From: Seison nebaliae
Taxonomy: Eukaryota
Assembly: GCA_023231475.1 (NCBI GenBank)
Contig: JALJEE010001509.1
Span: 1 to 41,402, forward strand
Length of the DNA: 41,402 bases
Direction of reading: 5' to 3'
Shown here in pieces: positions 11,161-24,339 of this stretch. The notes below the pieces were generated by a model that worked only from the letters and a program-made list of their open reading frames with translations, made no database searches and was not told where the DNA came from. A program made the position numbers and the translations under genes. Position 1 is the first letter of the stretch. Each line of letters begins with the position of its first letter.

Positions 11161-14100
11161 ATGGATCGGAAACAATTAAATTGCTCCGATACAATACAAC
11201 ATCTTCATCCTCATCAAATTATTCCCACGTACAATAATCCCAAATCTTTCACCAATAATCAACAACAACAACAACAACAGAAGTATCGACATAAAGATTC
11301 GATGTTGTCGAGAAAGGTGGATGGTCGGCATTTCAATCGAAATCTCTCCAGTAGACGACCAATGAAGAAGGAAGACGATTCCAATCTCTCTCGATCGCTT
11401 AAGAAGAAACGACCTTTCAAATTGAACGAATTACATCCTGACGAGCAATTGGCATTGGAAGTTGGTAATTAAATTAATTTCTCTCACGAATTATCTTTTC
11501 GAAATGATTAATTCGATAAAATTTTAAATATTAATTCAAATTTAAATTTAATTCGATAAAGAATTTTAAAAATTTATGAGAAATTTTTAGTTTCATGATT
11601 ATCGTCATTTAGTGCACAATCTGTGCACAAGTTGTGCACAAGTTATTAGAGTCGATTTCCCTTCCATTCCCTTTTACTCCATTACTATTGCGCTACGTAA
11701 CTTCATATTTTTTGAGCGTAAACTTTATGAGAGAAATAAAAATGTCAAATTTGTGATGATGAAGCGACTACGTTTTCTTTCTGAGATGTGTCTCTTCTTT
11801 CCTCTCCATTAAGTAAGTGAGTAAAAGGGTTTGTTGAAATTGGTGCGAGGAGATTCTTAACAACATATTTCCGACTATCAATCCCTTCTCATGTAACTTC
11901 ACATCCATTAAACAATCTATTGGAACGAATAAACAAGAAGAATGTCCTTTACGTAATCAATCATAATTTCTTTTGTCGTTTGGTTGATGTACTTCAACTT
12001 CTCATCTTGTGCCCATGGAACGACATGGATATGGAAGATGGATATGAATTGCTGTGAAAGATATTCCTTCTCTTCTTCCTGTAAATGAGATTTATTCGAA
12101 TAATCGTTCTATCCCAATAATCGAATATTCTCCTTCTGATCTGATTATTCATTTGGACGAGAATTATCTTTTAATTCAATTGCAATAATTGATGATTACT
12201 CTCATTCTTTTCTCCTCTAAATGAGAGCGAGAGAGAGAGAGAGAGAGAGATTTAATCGAATTATTAATCAATTACATCTTAATTAATAAGGAGAATTTTT
12301 TTTTCAAATTTTTCTTCCTTTTACTCAACACTACATGAGAATATGAAAATTTTATCAAGTTATCCCGTTAGGTGAATAATTTGAAACGATTCTCCTTCAC
12401 AATTCTCCAAAAAAAATTTCTCCTTCTCTCACAATTGTGCACGTTTCGCCACCTTAAAACACTTTCCAAATCGATATCAAATTTCTATTGTGATTTTCCC
12501 TCATTTCTCCCCCAGTATTACGCCAAGACACATAACAGTGTATTCGCCAGTCAACGAAGTCGTCCAAAAGCTCGTCTTGCCATTCTGTTATCGTCGGTGA
12601 CGAAAGGCAATTCCGTCAAACGACTAATGATGTCGATGGAGAAGGAATGTGAAGAATTGAAGAATTGTACAAATGATGACGAAGATGACGAGGATGACGC
12701 GTCTCTTCATAAATTACCATCTACCACCATATCAACGACCGCGAGTACCATCGTCGATAAATCATCGACCATCGCACCATTCCATCGGAGACGAGTATAT
12801 CAAACATCGCCCACAGATCATCATTCGTCGGTGACGGAGAAACGATCGTTTATTTATCGGCCGAATCGATTCGGTTTATATTCGAAAAGTTTCCGAAATC
12901 CTCAACGTGTCCGACAAACAACTTCCCATTTCGAAATACCATCACCGCCGATATTGAACGAGAAACCGGTGAGACGTACCATCTCCGCCGTTCTCACATT
13001 AAAGAGGAATTCAGTTTCGAGAAAACGTCGAATGACTGAACATCACCATGATCGACGAGTGAAAATGCTCTCCAATTCAGCCGCATCGACACAATCGGCT
13101 CGATTGGCATCGTTCGATTCCACCGAATTATCAGCCTCATCCTTCGACATTTTTTCGCCAATGGCCCAATTGTACAATTCAGGAAAGTTGTGTGATATTA
13201 ATGATTTGACAATGAAGAATTATCATTCACTTAAAACGTATTCGACACGGACACCATCAACTCTGATAGTCACTTCGGCGTCAGGCATGCAATTTGGTGG
13301 GGACGACGAATCATTTCGAACGGTCAATGGGAAGTTAAGTGGGGACAGTAAAGACTCCACAAATTTCATAGCGGATTCATTTTGGGAGAATGACAATGAG
13401 AAATTTTTGAAAAATTTGAAAGATTGGGAGAATTCGGTTTCGTCGAATATTTTCAAATCCAATCGAAAAGAACATCAAGTTCAAATGATTCCATATCATT
13501 CCAATGAATCGTCGGATACGTCGATAAAGAATAAATTTGGAGAGAATAATTCCATCACTTCCACCATAGCTACCACCACCGTCACATCGGATGGTGAACG
13601 AATGGGAAAGAAGACGAAAAAGATTGTGAGTACAATTGCCAGTGTGTTAATGACGAGCCAAGTGACATCTTCAATCATTCAAACATCATCATCAATTCCA
13701 TCATCATTAGTACAAACATCGTTGAGAGTGGAGAAGGTGGATAATAAGGAAATGAACATTCTCCCATCTGCTTCCCATTCCCCAACAACTTTAGTTAATT
13801 TGAATGTTCATCAATTGATCTCATCAACACAAGTGTCATCATCATCATCATCATCGAATACATTGTCGAGGAATATTTTCAAAAATTCCACAAATCCACA
13901 AACGAAGCGCAATTATGAAAATTACACACAATCATTTCCGTCCAAAAACCATTCGAGGAAAACATTCACCATAACTTCATCCGCTCACACTTCTCATCAT
14001 CCCCGTCATCACCACTTCCACCAAATGACTACCATAACAACAACAACAACAACGACAACGACAACGATAAGCTCAAATGTCTTTAAGCCTATTCCGTTAC

Positions 14101-16964
14101 TTTCCAAACAAACGACCACCGGTTCATTTTCCGACAACAACGAATTGATGTATCAGAAGAAGAATCGATATCAAACCAATTCCCAAGACAACTATCCTCA
14201 ACATCGACTGCAACAACGACGTAGGACGTTACAGCGATTACAAATTTTGTCGAGACATCGACGTCGTTTAAGAAATCAATTATTTTGTATGTTCAATTCC
14301 ACCTCCAACGATAACGATTGTGTCGATTCCTTCTATGACGACGATAGTGTTCTCAACGACTCCTTCCTCTCTCTAACCGTTAATCGTGTGAACAATACGA
14401 TAATTACGAATGCGAAAAAAAAACGATCAATGACACATCGATATGCCAATTTGTTCAATCAATTCATCGGACGAAATGTCCAACAAAATACCCCACTTCC
14501 CTTCATAATGAACAACAATAACACGAATGGTCTCCGAATGAAAAGAAATGAAAAAACAATGGAAAAAAATCACGAAAATCTTTCTAACAATCATAAAAAT
14601 GGAGAGAAACATCGAAAATTTTCACCATATAATTTCCGTCATGCCCATAATAATGATGGTGATGATGATGATGATGATGATGATGATGTTGATGATGATG
14701 ATGATATTGACGATGATGAAATGACTCGAATGAGTTTACAAAAGACATCACGTCCAACACATCAGGAACATAAGAAAGAGTCGTTGTTTATGAAAAAGGA
14801 GATTTCTGTCGATTATATTCAACCGAAAACGAATATCGATCAAAATTCATCAAATATCCATCGACTACTCAATGGAAGTTATTCGACCAATAACGAGAAG
14901 AGAAGTAACGATTCGTTTAATCATCGTAATTCGATATTGCCTAATCAGAATGTTTATCGACATAAATCGAGGATGGAATGTCGTCTCTCTTATCTACCTG
15001 TCATGATCATTGTCCTTGTCACATTTCTCGGAATTACTTTTTATGTGTTGAAAGATTCGCGACAATATCTCGACGAGCATTATCGTCATCTTCGCAAATA
15101 CAAGAAAGCTCTTTCACTCAAATTACGCGAGAGTGAATGTCTTCATAACGAGTTGTCACGATTTCAATTGATCCGAACAACAACCGCCAAAATACCATCA
15201 GATAATTCAATTTCATCATCAATCTGCAAGTTCATTTTTTTCCCATCATCATCATAGATTTTAGAATTTTTTTCAGAATTGTTTTAGTTGATGATTTTCA
15301 ATCGGTAAAGAATATTCGTATGACCTCACAACGAACCGTCAAGATGATCGTTCATATCGATCAATTATTCGAATTTGATAAAAAACGAACGAAACTAAAA
15401 GTTCTCATTTCATTACGGGAAGCAACGTCTTATTCTAAAAGTTAACAAGTTTCATGACAAACATTTTGCACAGAACCAAATTGACCGATATTCGTCTACA
15501 ATTGTTGTTGTTCAATTACGAATTGTTGAAATTCCCTCAGAAGACAATTCAATATTTGGAGACGTTAAAGAAATGGTTTAAACGTTCGATCGAATTGAGA
15601 ATTATGAAACAGTCATATAGACCATATGGGAAAGTGTCATTATATTTCCTGACGATTTTCGATATTAAATCCTTTTATTTCGGTTCGATGACACCAGACG
15701 ATAAAGTTTTAATTTTAAAAATTTTTGAATTTTATCATTTTTTTTTTTCAAGTATCAAATCGCTTTACATGTGTCCAATTGTTATTGTTTGACGGAAGAT
15801 ATTTTAAAAATTTTCGATGATTTATGGTCGAAATCACAAACGGACGAGAAAGCGTTGGCTCTGAAAGAAGATCGTAATTTCACTCTACAAACCGTCGTGA
15901 CGTCGATGTTGACGAATCCGGTTTATAAACAATTGATGAGTTATGAAATGAGAAGACATTCGAATTTCCATTCAACAATCACTGACGAACTGATTGGAAA
16001 TCCGATGAATATTCTCCAACGGAAATTATTGGGAAATATGAGACGAATGTCTGGTCAAAACAACGACGACAACAACAACAACGAGAATAATAAAAAGAAA
16101 AAAACTAATCATTTGATTTATGGGAAACTGAATAAGAAGAATAGTGTCTCTTTAATGAAAACGATAAAATTCGTTACATTAGCAAATTATAGTCATCCTT
16201 TCCTCCAAATGTATAATCGGAATATTCAACAGAAAATTTTCATCGCAACCAATCCATATGATCGATATACTCTACGTACACGCGAATTGACATCGGTGAA
16301 AAATGTGATCGATTCAGCCAAATCATATTTGTATATCTTAATCAATTCTTATAGTATTTGGCGATATGATTATCACGACAATAACACGCCACATTCCTCC
16401 TATGATAATCCGTTCGAAAAAACCCTTTATTGGCCACTCATCCACGAACAGATAATTAAGGCTGCTGTAGAGCGGAAAGTTATCATCCGAATTATCTACA
16501 TTTCTTCAAAAAATTCCAGATCTGAAAACGACATTGTTCAATTATCATTATTGTTATATCTCACATCGGGAACTGATTTGAAAATTGTTTTTTTTTATTA
16601 ATTATGTTAATTATAAATTATAAAAAATTCAAATTATATTTCTCTTATAGAAAATTGATAAAGATTCTTGTGCGTATGTATCACATTGTTTCGTCAACAA
16701 TTATCTAGTGACGGAAGATTCGGCTATTTTCGGTTACACTTTTATTTCTATCAATTTATTCATATCTTCCTATTTCTAGGTATGCCATCATTCACACATG
16801 AAGCGATTGAAATGAATCCTCAAATTTCCATCATTCTCCGCAATGCCATGTCTAATGATGTGGAGGCAAATAGTCCTTCTAGTCTCATTTATTCACTCAA
16901 ATTACGACATATCAATTATTGGAATAAATTGACTACTCATATCCATTCGAATCTCACTCTATAA
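11161..16964 (+). CDS. PLD3/PLD4/PLD5-family type II membrane protein, catalytically degenerate, with a ~970-aa low-complexity N-terminus
   Basis: Exon 11161-11460 joins in frame at 12516. TM segment LPVMIIVLVTFLGITFYVL. PLD3-like blocks: CKIVLVDD, NCYCLTEDILKIFDDLW, NVIDSAKSYLYI, YWPLIHEQIIKAAVERKVIIRII. HKD regions read SLYFLTIFDIKSFYFGS and FVNNYLVTEDSAIFG. Five further short GTT introns (e.g. 15401-15441). Confidence 0.8.
12222..12250. repeat. (GA)n microsatellite in the long first intron of the PLD-like gene
   Basis: Imperfect GAGAGA run seen directly. Confidence 0.9.
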
Positions 16965-17224
16965 ACTCTTTTCTCTTATATCATCATCATCATCATCATC
17001 ATATTATAAAAATCATGAAATAAAATTCACAGAAATTTTTTTCGCTACCATCTCTTCAATATCTCTTCTCAATATCATCATTAAGTGTTCCAAACGATTT
17101 CCCGTCTATGCATAAAACTTAACGATTTTTTTCATTTATAAAATTCTAAAAAATTTCAAGAAATTTTAAGTTTTCAAACATTTTTTTTTTCATTCTAAAT
17201 TTTCAAAAGTTTTTCTTTTCATTA

Positions 17225-17372
17225 ATTAATTTAATTTATATTTATTTATAATCAAATTTTAATTAGTTAAAATTCCCGTCGGGATAAATTAGGAAAAAAT
17301 GAAAAATGTTTTTTCGGATGTTTTAAACGGAAAAATAACGATTTGTAATTTTTCGAGAAAATTTTGATTGAA
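17225..17372 (-). mobile_element. Short diverged 3'-end remnant of LINE family A
   Basis: AAATTCCCGTCGGGATAAATTAG at ~17270-17292 is identical to the 3' end of the 25.8-kb copy; weaker similarity continues about 80 nt. Confidence 0.65.
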
Positions 17373-17611
17373 TAATGCTCATCATATTGGTAATTTGGAA
17401 ATGTTCAACAGAATAATTTCGTATGGGAAATTGATATGAGGAAAAGAAAGTTATTTTAATGGGGGAAAGAAGGAGGTGTAAATTGTCTAGAATTCACTTT
17501 ACCAACAAACAACAAATCGTTCGACTGGTGAATAGAATGAAAATATTGTTAATTCAAGTTCATATCTCATCAATATAGATCGTCTTTAGAAGACGTCAGA
17601 AGATTGGATTA

Positions 17612-18798
17612 TTATCGTCGATTATTTTGCTTTTTTTTAAAAAAAATTAATTAATGAGAATTGAGAAAAAAAAATGAATGAACTTTATGTCGATGTACTG
17701 GGGTTCTTCTACGACAATATCTGTATTCCGAAGACGACGATTCTTGTCGATGTCGACGATACAATTGTTGATTGTACCTGGCACCTCTTCTCTCATGATT
17801 AGGCGAGTATGACGGTGAATGTTCACGTGATCGATAATATGTTCGAACTCGACGTGGTGGCGTTACAGATCGACTTGACATTGATCGGCTCTCGACCGAA
17901 TAATTGCGAAGACGATCGTAAGTTCGACTTCGACTTCTTGAATATGAGCGGCTGTAACTCCGGGATGGACGTGGAGGATAATAACTGAAAAGATGAAGAA
18001 GAGGAATTATTCTCAGTACTGACACTCGACTATTATGGACGATGGATAAAACTAAAGATTTGTTGTCTCAAAACCGATCTCAAGAGAAATTAAAACAAAA
18101 TAATAATTGTCACTCTCTCTTCAAATAGTACACGAATGTCGTCACGATGGCTCTTGAAATATCTCATACTCAATCGATATCGTTCATGGAATCGTCGACG
18201 ATCGTCTCAGGCCGACTGATGATGAGACAAATTAATAAAATAAATTTTCTTTTTAAATTTCATACTTCTCCATCTTGTTTACACTCTTCCGGTGATAGTC
18301 TCCGGACAAAAAATAAAAGAAAAATATTAACTCAGAACGCAACGGTTTTCGACAATCGTAGGCGTAATGTCCCAATTTGCCACATCGGAAACATTTGTCA
18401 CTGGGATTGAACGGAGGATTTTTTCGTCGTGGCGCATTTCTTTTACTAACTGCCATTTCCACTACCGGTCGATATGGTCCCAATGGTCTATTCAACGGAA
18501 ATTTGAAAAATTATGAAAAAATTTCAAACTTCAAATTCAACTCCCGAACAGCAATTCGCGCATTCGTCACAGATTCGTATTGAACGAAAGCGAATGCTCG
18601 AGGATAACGAGCCACGAACAAATCATAAATTGGAGCGATCTGCTCGAAATGATCACGCAATTCACGTTTGGAGATCTTGTCTCCGATCTCTCCGATATAG
18701 ATGCGAGTTCCCGACGCCGATCTAGGAGAACGTGAATAACTACCGGATGACATGTCGCTAGACCGTGCACGAGTGTACCTTCGATGACTATATCCCAT
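17612..18798 (-). CDS. SRSF7: SR splicing factor, RRM + CCHC zinc knuckle + RS domain (SRSF7/9G8-like)
   Basis: RRM (RIYIGEIG, FAFVQY), CFRCGKLGHYAYDC knuckle and RS repeats. Introns at ~18530-18489, 18331-17985 (joins in frame, GA+T = Asp) and ~17683-17630. Confidence 0.85.
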
Positions 18799-19182
18799 TG
18801 GTGAGAGGAGAAATGGTCGACAGTTCGAAATCGAAATTGATTTCACAAACGATTCTGTTTCGTATAAGAATTTGTTTGAAAAAAAAACTAAAATTGACAG
18901 CTATCCGACTTAACAGATTAATATTAATAATCAATTGTTCGTTTTGGTCTTTCGGATAATTGACCGATATTTCTCTTCATCTCATTGAACGAACTTTTTT
19001 CCCGAAAATTCAAATTTTTGGCTTTAGAAAATTTAATTTAAACTAAATAAATTATTTTTATTTTATTATTATAATTCAAACATTTATTAAACAATTCCAT
19101 TCGAAATCACGAAATCCTTTCCTCGCAATTTAATCTTCACTTTTTCCCGCTGATGAAGCGATTAAATTAATAAGAGATAACG

Positions 19183-19659
19183 ATGAAGGAAAAAGATTGT
19201 AAATACAACAAAAAAGAGAATGTGGGAAAGTTCCACGAGAGGAAGATACCGAATTTGTCTCATACGTTTGTTGCGATAAACGGTGAGAACCATCAACATC
19301 CAGGTCCATTCTACGCGTCGGAACAGATGAAAAAAATGGAGAATCAATTGAAAGAAATCGTCACTGCTTTCCATTCGATCGATCGGAATTTCGTTCCATC
19401 AGACGAAATGCAATTGGAAGAATGTGCAGATGACGAGAAGAAGAAATCGTTACAATTCTCATTGCACGGAATGAATTACATTCGAGCGCAACAAGAGAAA
19501 TTGACGAAAATGCATTTCGAACTCGAACCGTCAATGAGAAACAAGCAATTGGAATCAAAGGAGAACCGTCAGAAAGTCATCAAAAGTATGAATGAAATAA
19601 TGGGAACAATTAACCAACTGAATTCGGCAGTACGTAAACTCGACAGATCGAAAGATTAA
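19183..19659 (+). CDS. CCDC28: CCDC28-family coiled-coil protein
   Basis: HTFV...MENQLKEIVTAFHS...MNYIRAQQEKLTKMHFELE...INQLNSAVRKL resembles the CCDC28A/B blocks as I recall them. Confidence 0.7.
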   Translation: MKEKDCKYNKKENVGKFHERKIPNLSHTFVAINGENHQHPGPFYASEQMKKMENQLKEIVTAFHSIDRNFVPSDEMQLEECADDEKKKSLQFSLHGMNYIRAQQEKLTKMHFELEPSMRNKQLESKENRQKVIKSMNEIMGTINQLNSAVRKLDRSKD

Positions 19660-19691
19660 CAATTTATTCTTTTCTAATAAAATAAGAAATA

Positions 19692-20084
19692 TCAAATTTT
19701 CGAATTTTTCTTCGATTGGACAACCAAATCCACTTGAGCCTCTTTTTCAAATAATTTCTTCCTAATATTTTCTATTAATTTATCGTAAATTTCCGCAAAT
19801 TTATCGCACGTCTCTCCCGCACTTTCCACCGTTTCATGATCGACAATCAAATCACATCCGATGTCAATCGGATATGTCTCAGATGTAAGTTTGACTTTTT
19901 GGTAGATTCCGCTACCCAAATAAACGGCCATGGCCGACTTATTTTTTCGAATATTCTCCAATTGGTTCTTCGTCATTTCATATTCCTTCTTTGTAAATTC
20001 ATATTCATTCAATCGACCTTGATACACATCGATTTGTTTATGTATATTCTCGATGAATAATTCTTTCTTGCAACTATTCAACAT
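19692..20084 (-). CDS. Alpha-type prefoldin subunit (UXT-like); start uncertain
   Basis: Helix - two beta-hairpins (VYLGSGIYQKVKL, IDIGCDLIVD) - helix architecture. First in-frame ATG is at 20084; the frame is open to ~20126. Confidence 0.7.
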   Translation of the reverse strand: MLNSCKKELFIENIHKQIDVYQGRLNEYEFTKKEYEMTKNQLENIRKNKSAMAVYLGSGIYQKVKLTSETYPIDIGCDLIVDHETVESAGETCDKFAEIYDKLIENIRKKLFEKEAQVDLVVQSKKNSKI

Positions 20085-20277
20085 TCTTTCCCAAGTTCGA
20101 AGGCCAAACTTTTGAGAGTTAACCAATCATCTCATTCAATTCTCATCGTTCTCCATTGAGAACGGTGGGAGATTATTGTGAATTTGTTTATTTGAAAACT
20201 TATTTATAAAGGGACGATTATCGTACACAATCAACAGAATTAACATTTGCCTGTATTAGTTTGTTCCAACGAAAATT

Positions 20278-20734
20278 ATGAAGTTCAAGTTTAAGGAGGA
20301 ATGCTCGTTCGGTTAGTCGCCATTATGCTCGCCTCCGTTTCTAATTCCTCCGCAGAACAACGAAAAGTTGAAGCGTCAAAAATCCGAGGGAAATATCCGT
20401 CGAGAGTGCCGGTCGTCGTTGAGAAGGAACCGAAATCGCAAATTCCCGAAATCGACAAACGAAAATTCCTCGTTCCGAACGACATTTCCGTCGGCCAATT
20501 TATGTGGATCATCCGCAAACGAATCAAATTGTCGTCGGAACGTTCGATATTTCTGTTCGTTGGAAAGGTATTACCACAATCAGCGTTACAATCATTTTCC
20601 ATCAATTTATTATCATTTAATTTATTATTCACTCCAGAACGACAATGGGTCAAGTGTATGAACAATTCAAAGACGAAGATGGCTTCCTCTACATGGCCTA
20701 CAGTGGAGAGCACGCCTTCGGCGAAATAGAATAA
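20278..20734 (+). CDS. GABARAPL2: ATG8-family ubiquitin-like protein (GABARAPL2-like), 3 exons
   Basis: [35 protein letters not shown]...KFLVPND...[36 protein letters not shown]. Introns 20312-20355 and 20585-20637. Confidence 0.93.
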
Positions 20735-20865
20735 ATTAAATGATTTTTAAATAATTTCTCTTAATTTCTAATTTTACTCTAATTCAATTTTAAAATTTTA
20801 TTAAAAAAATTTTCTCCAATTATTTCTCTCTTCACAATTCACTTCCATAAATCAATCAATTCACA

Positions 20866-21300
20866 TCAATTGACTCCTACACGTTGGTTTAGGGTCGACT
20901 TGGAAAAAAGTCTAAAGAAAACTAATAAAACTATAAGACAACTAATAAGAGATAGACCTTTGAAGTAATAAAATGAAGTGTCGTCGTTGACCATTTCGGA
21001 GATATGATCATATGTCAGAGTGTCTATTGTCTCGTCGAAGAAGACCAAACCAAATTCCTCTTGTTTCGCTAATGGTTGGAATGGATCATTCGATGCGACG
21101 ATTGATGCTTTTGCAGCGAAATCTTTAACGAAAATATCCTGAATCATGGAAATTTGAATGAGAGAGATAAATTGAATAAAAACCATTAAATATTTTAATA
21201 ACCAGATAGATTTCCTATCGAATCGTAATGGTCGAATGTTCTCGTTCCATGGGAAACGGGTGAGATGAATGATATTCTCACTCATCGTCGTATACTTCAT
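20866..21300 (-). CDS. Uncharacterised 144-aa protein with two hydrophobic segments
   Basis: Intact ATG-to-stop ORF filling the gap between ATG8 and SCAF4/8; two TM-like stretches. Confidence 0.55.
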   Translation of the reverse strand: MKYTTMSENIIHLTRFPWNENIRPLRFDRKSIWLLKYLMVFIQFISLIQISMIQDIFVKDFAAKASIVASNDPFQPLAKQEEFGLVFFDETIDTLTYDHISEMVNDDTSFYYFKGLSLISCLIVLLVFFRLFSKSTLNQRVGVN

Positions 21301-21485
21301 TATTGATGGTGAATGGATAAGATTAGCCGAAAATTTGAAAAAATATTTAATTAATAAACTAGCTTGAAATTAATGAGAAGAAGAGAGTGAGAATTAATTT
21401 ACTGTTGGATTTCATGAGAAATAAACTGTGGGCGAATTGGAAGAAAAAGAAAACAATAAGACAATTCCTTTCTTATATACATAAA

Positions 21486-24051
21486 ATGGATGAAGTTTTG
21501 TGTAAATTGAAAGAGCAGTTGAATTTGGTGGAGAAAAGTTGCAAGAAACGGAAACGGAAGAATTCGTCGAAACGGAACAACGTAGAGGAGAAACAGAATG
21601 GCAATCCAATCGTGCAATTGTCATACGCACAATCCAATTGCATTAATCATTTGGCATTTAAAGGATTGGAGATATATAAGTCGATTGTAGTCGAAATTGA
21701 ATTATTCATTTTGGAACATTCGGTCGAATATTCACTCGCTGGTTTATACATCATCGATGGTATTTTAAAGAGAGCTCTACGAAGATTGAGTGGGACTAAA
21801 AGAGATTTGTTCTCGAAGGAGTTCGGGGAACGAATGGACAAAATATGGCCACACGCAATCACCACATGCTCCTCCGAACAACTCATTAAAGTGCGACGAT
21901 TGTTCGATATCTGGAAACGGCACAACATGTTCCAACCACAAGTCATCGCCCTCCAAGAAGAGATATTGAATAAAAGAATTATTAAGGAGGCGGAAAAAGT
22001 TGAATGTAAACGGACGTTCGATAACTTCTGTTACGATTCGGAAGATGAAATCGATTTGAAAGCGAAAAATGGTCGTCTGGAAAATAAGGAGGAAAATGAC
22101 GATGGTGATAATGACTCCATCTCAGGCAATTCAGCCGCCTCATTTAATCGACATTATGAACAGAAAGAACAAGAGAATCAACTGATTGAAGATGCAATGA
22201 TTCTGAAAGAGATGGATGAAATTACGAAACATAAGGACAAAACTTATCCGCCGACAGATGACGATCATGTTTATTTGGGATCGCGAACGATTTGGATTGG
22301 TCGAATACCGAAAATTTGTGAAGATTGTGACATTTCCGAATTGCTGACGAAACTCGAAACGAAATGGGAGAAAATTAAAGTTATTTATTATTATTAATTT
22401 TGAAAATATTTTTTTTTTCATTTTCATCAATAGATCGTTCATCCAAGAGGATGTGCATATGTCACGTTAAAGAATCGGGAAGATGTTCGATATCTACTGA
22501 ATAAGAAGGAGCGTCTAAAAATTAGGGGCGGACGGATTCGTGTTGATTGGGCGAAACCGAACGACAATTCCATCGGCCGATGGTTTTCCGAATACGGATT
22601 GCTCGAAGTGCCAACTAAACAATTGTCGCCATTTCCCCAACAGTCGTTGAATGAATTGGAGAAGATTGCGAGAAAGAATGAATTGGACCTCTATCAAACG
22701 TCGTTACCGAAAGATATTTTGAAATTTTTGGGTTAGAAATTTCTTCGATTAATTTCGTGTGAATTGATGAGATGTGAATGTGAGCCAATATATTATTATG
22801 TAATTAAAATGTAAGAATAATTAAGTATAAATTTAAATTTGTATAATCTTAATTCACCTGCTATAATTCTCCTTTTATCACTGTGCGGACTCAGTGAAGA
22901 AAAATCGTCAAAAGATTCGTGAAGATGTCACTCGTTCTGACAGTCCAAAAATTGAAGAGCCTAAAAAAGAGATTCCTATACGACTTGATTCGTTGCCCGC
23001 TATGGAGATGTCGGATGATGATGATACCGATATCCCGCACCAATATAACGATATATGTAAAGTGAGTGGTCGTCATTCGTGTTCACCACCTTCCTCCAAC
23101 ACAACCGTCAAAGACACTCAAGAGACGAATGTGGTAAATTATTCGAATGTTCATCTTTTACCGCCTCCCCCACCACCACCACCACCACCAATTTCTACTG
23201 TCAACAATACTCAAACACACAATGTAATCCAATTGAGAGACGAACATCAATCGAAACCGTTCGTATGGAATAACACCGCTCAATCGTCAGTGACGACACC
23301 TGTTGTGGAACGTTCGTCGATTTTACCCTTGAATCAACAACAACAACAACGAGAACAGGAGCAAAGAGAATATAATAATAAAATGGAATTTATGTTAAAA
23401 TTAATTACTAATCAAACGGATAATAATCAAATTCAACCAACTCTCAATCTACCCACATTATTAGGACAACGAAACTCATTAATTTGTCCACCATTAAATT
23501 CAAATACAAATATTCAACAATTGGCCATACAACAACAATTGATCAATAACAATCATACTAGTAGCAATAATAGCAACAACAACAACAATATTAATATTAA
23601 TCAATATCAAACGACGAGTAATGAGAGGAAGACGATGATGACGCCCGAACCTAATAATTTCCCATTTCCGTATCCGTTACCGAATCTTTCTCAAAATTTT
23701 CCATTGCAACCAATTCCTCAAAACTTCCCTCAAATTGTCAATAATAATTCTCATTTCCCATCCGTTATAACTCGTCCCAATCAACAACTTAAGAATAACG
23801 ATATCCATCCACTAACCATCTCGAACGATCTCAATGCTAATCGTAATCATCGACGTTTCGATAATAATCATCGTTTTGGCCCTCGTCCCTATTGTCCACT
23901 CGACCAACACCAACATGGACATATGAGACCAAATTCAGATCTTCCATCACCCAGATCTGTCAACTCGAACCGATCTCGTCCCAATAATCAGCAGAATAAT
24001 TTCCCTCATCAATCTCACTTCCCCTCGAATAATCAGCGGCGTATGAGGTAA
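21486..24051 (+). CDS. SCAF4/SCAF8-like CID + RRM protein with Pro/Gln/Asn-rich tail, 3 exons
   Basis: CID (YKSIVVEIELFI...AGLYIIDGI...VRRLFDIWKRHNMF) and RRM (SRTIWIGRIPK, HPRGCAYV). Introns 22380-22433 and 22732-22894 are in frame. Confidence 0.88.
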
Positions 24052-24339
24052 ATTAATCACTTCCTCCCTAATTAAAACATCTACATTCTTTTATCATTAT
24101 TCATTCCTACTATCGATTAGTAGTTCTCAAAAATATTAATAAATTTATCGCCATTTTATTCTTTTAATTATTTGAAATTTTACATTTTTTTAATATTTCT
24201 TTTTCCGCTTAATTTTGGAGATGATAAAACTTCATAACTTTCTAAGAGACACAAAACTAAGACAACCACATTTAGAGTTCCAATTTATTTTTTAGTTAAT
24301 TATGTAAAAAATTCTCAGAAAACCAATATCATATAATTT

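Noticed and set aside
20301..20729. ORF-track ATG8 with aberrant termini and no terminal Gly
   Set aside because: Artefact of reading through two introns; the spliced model restores a normal ATG8 ending ...AFG-EIE.
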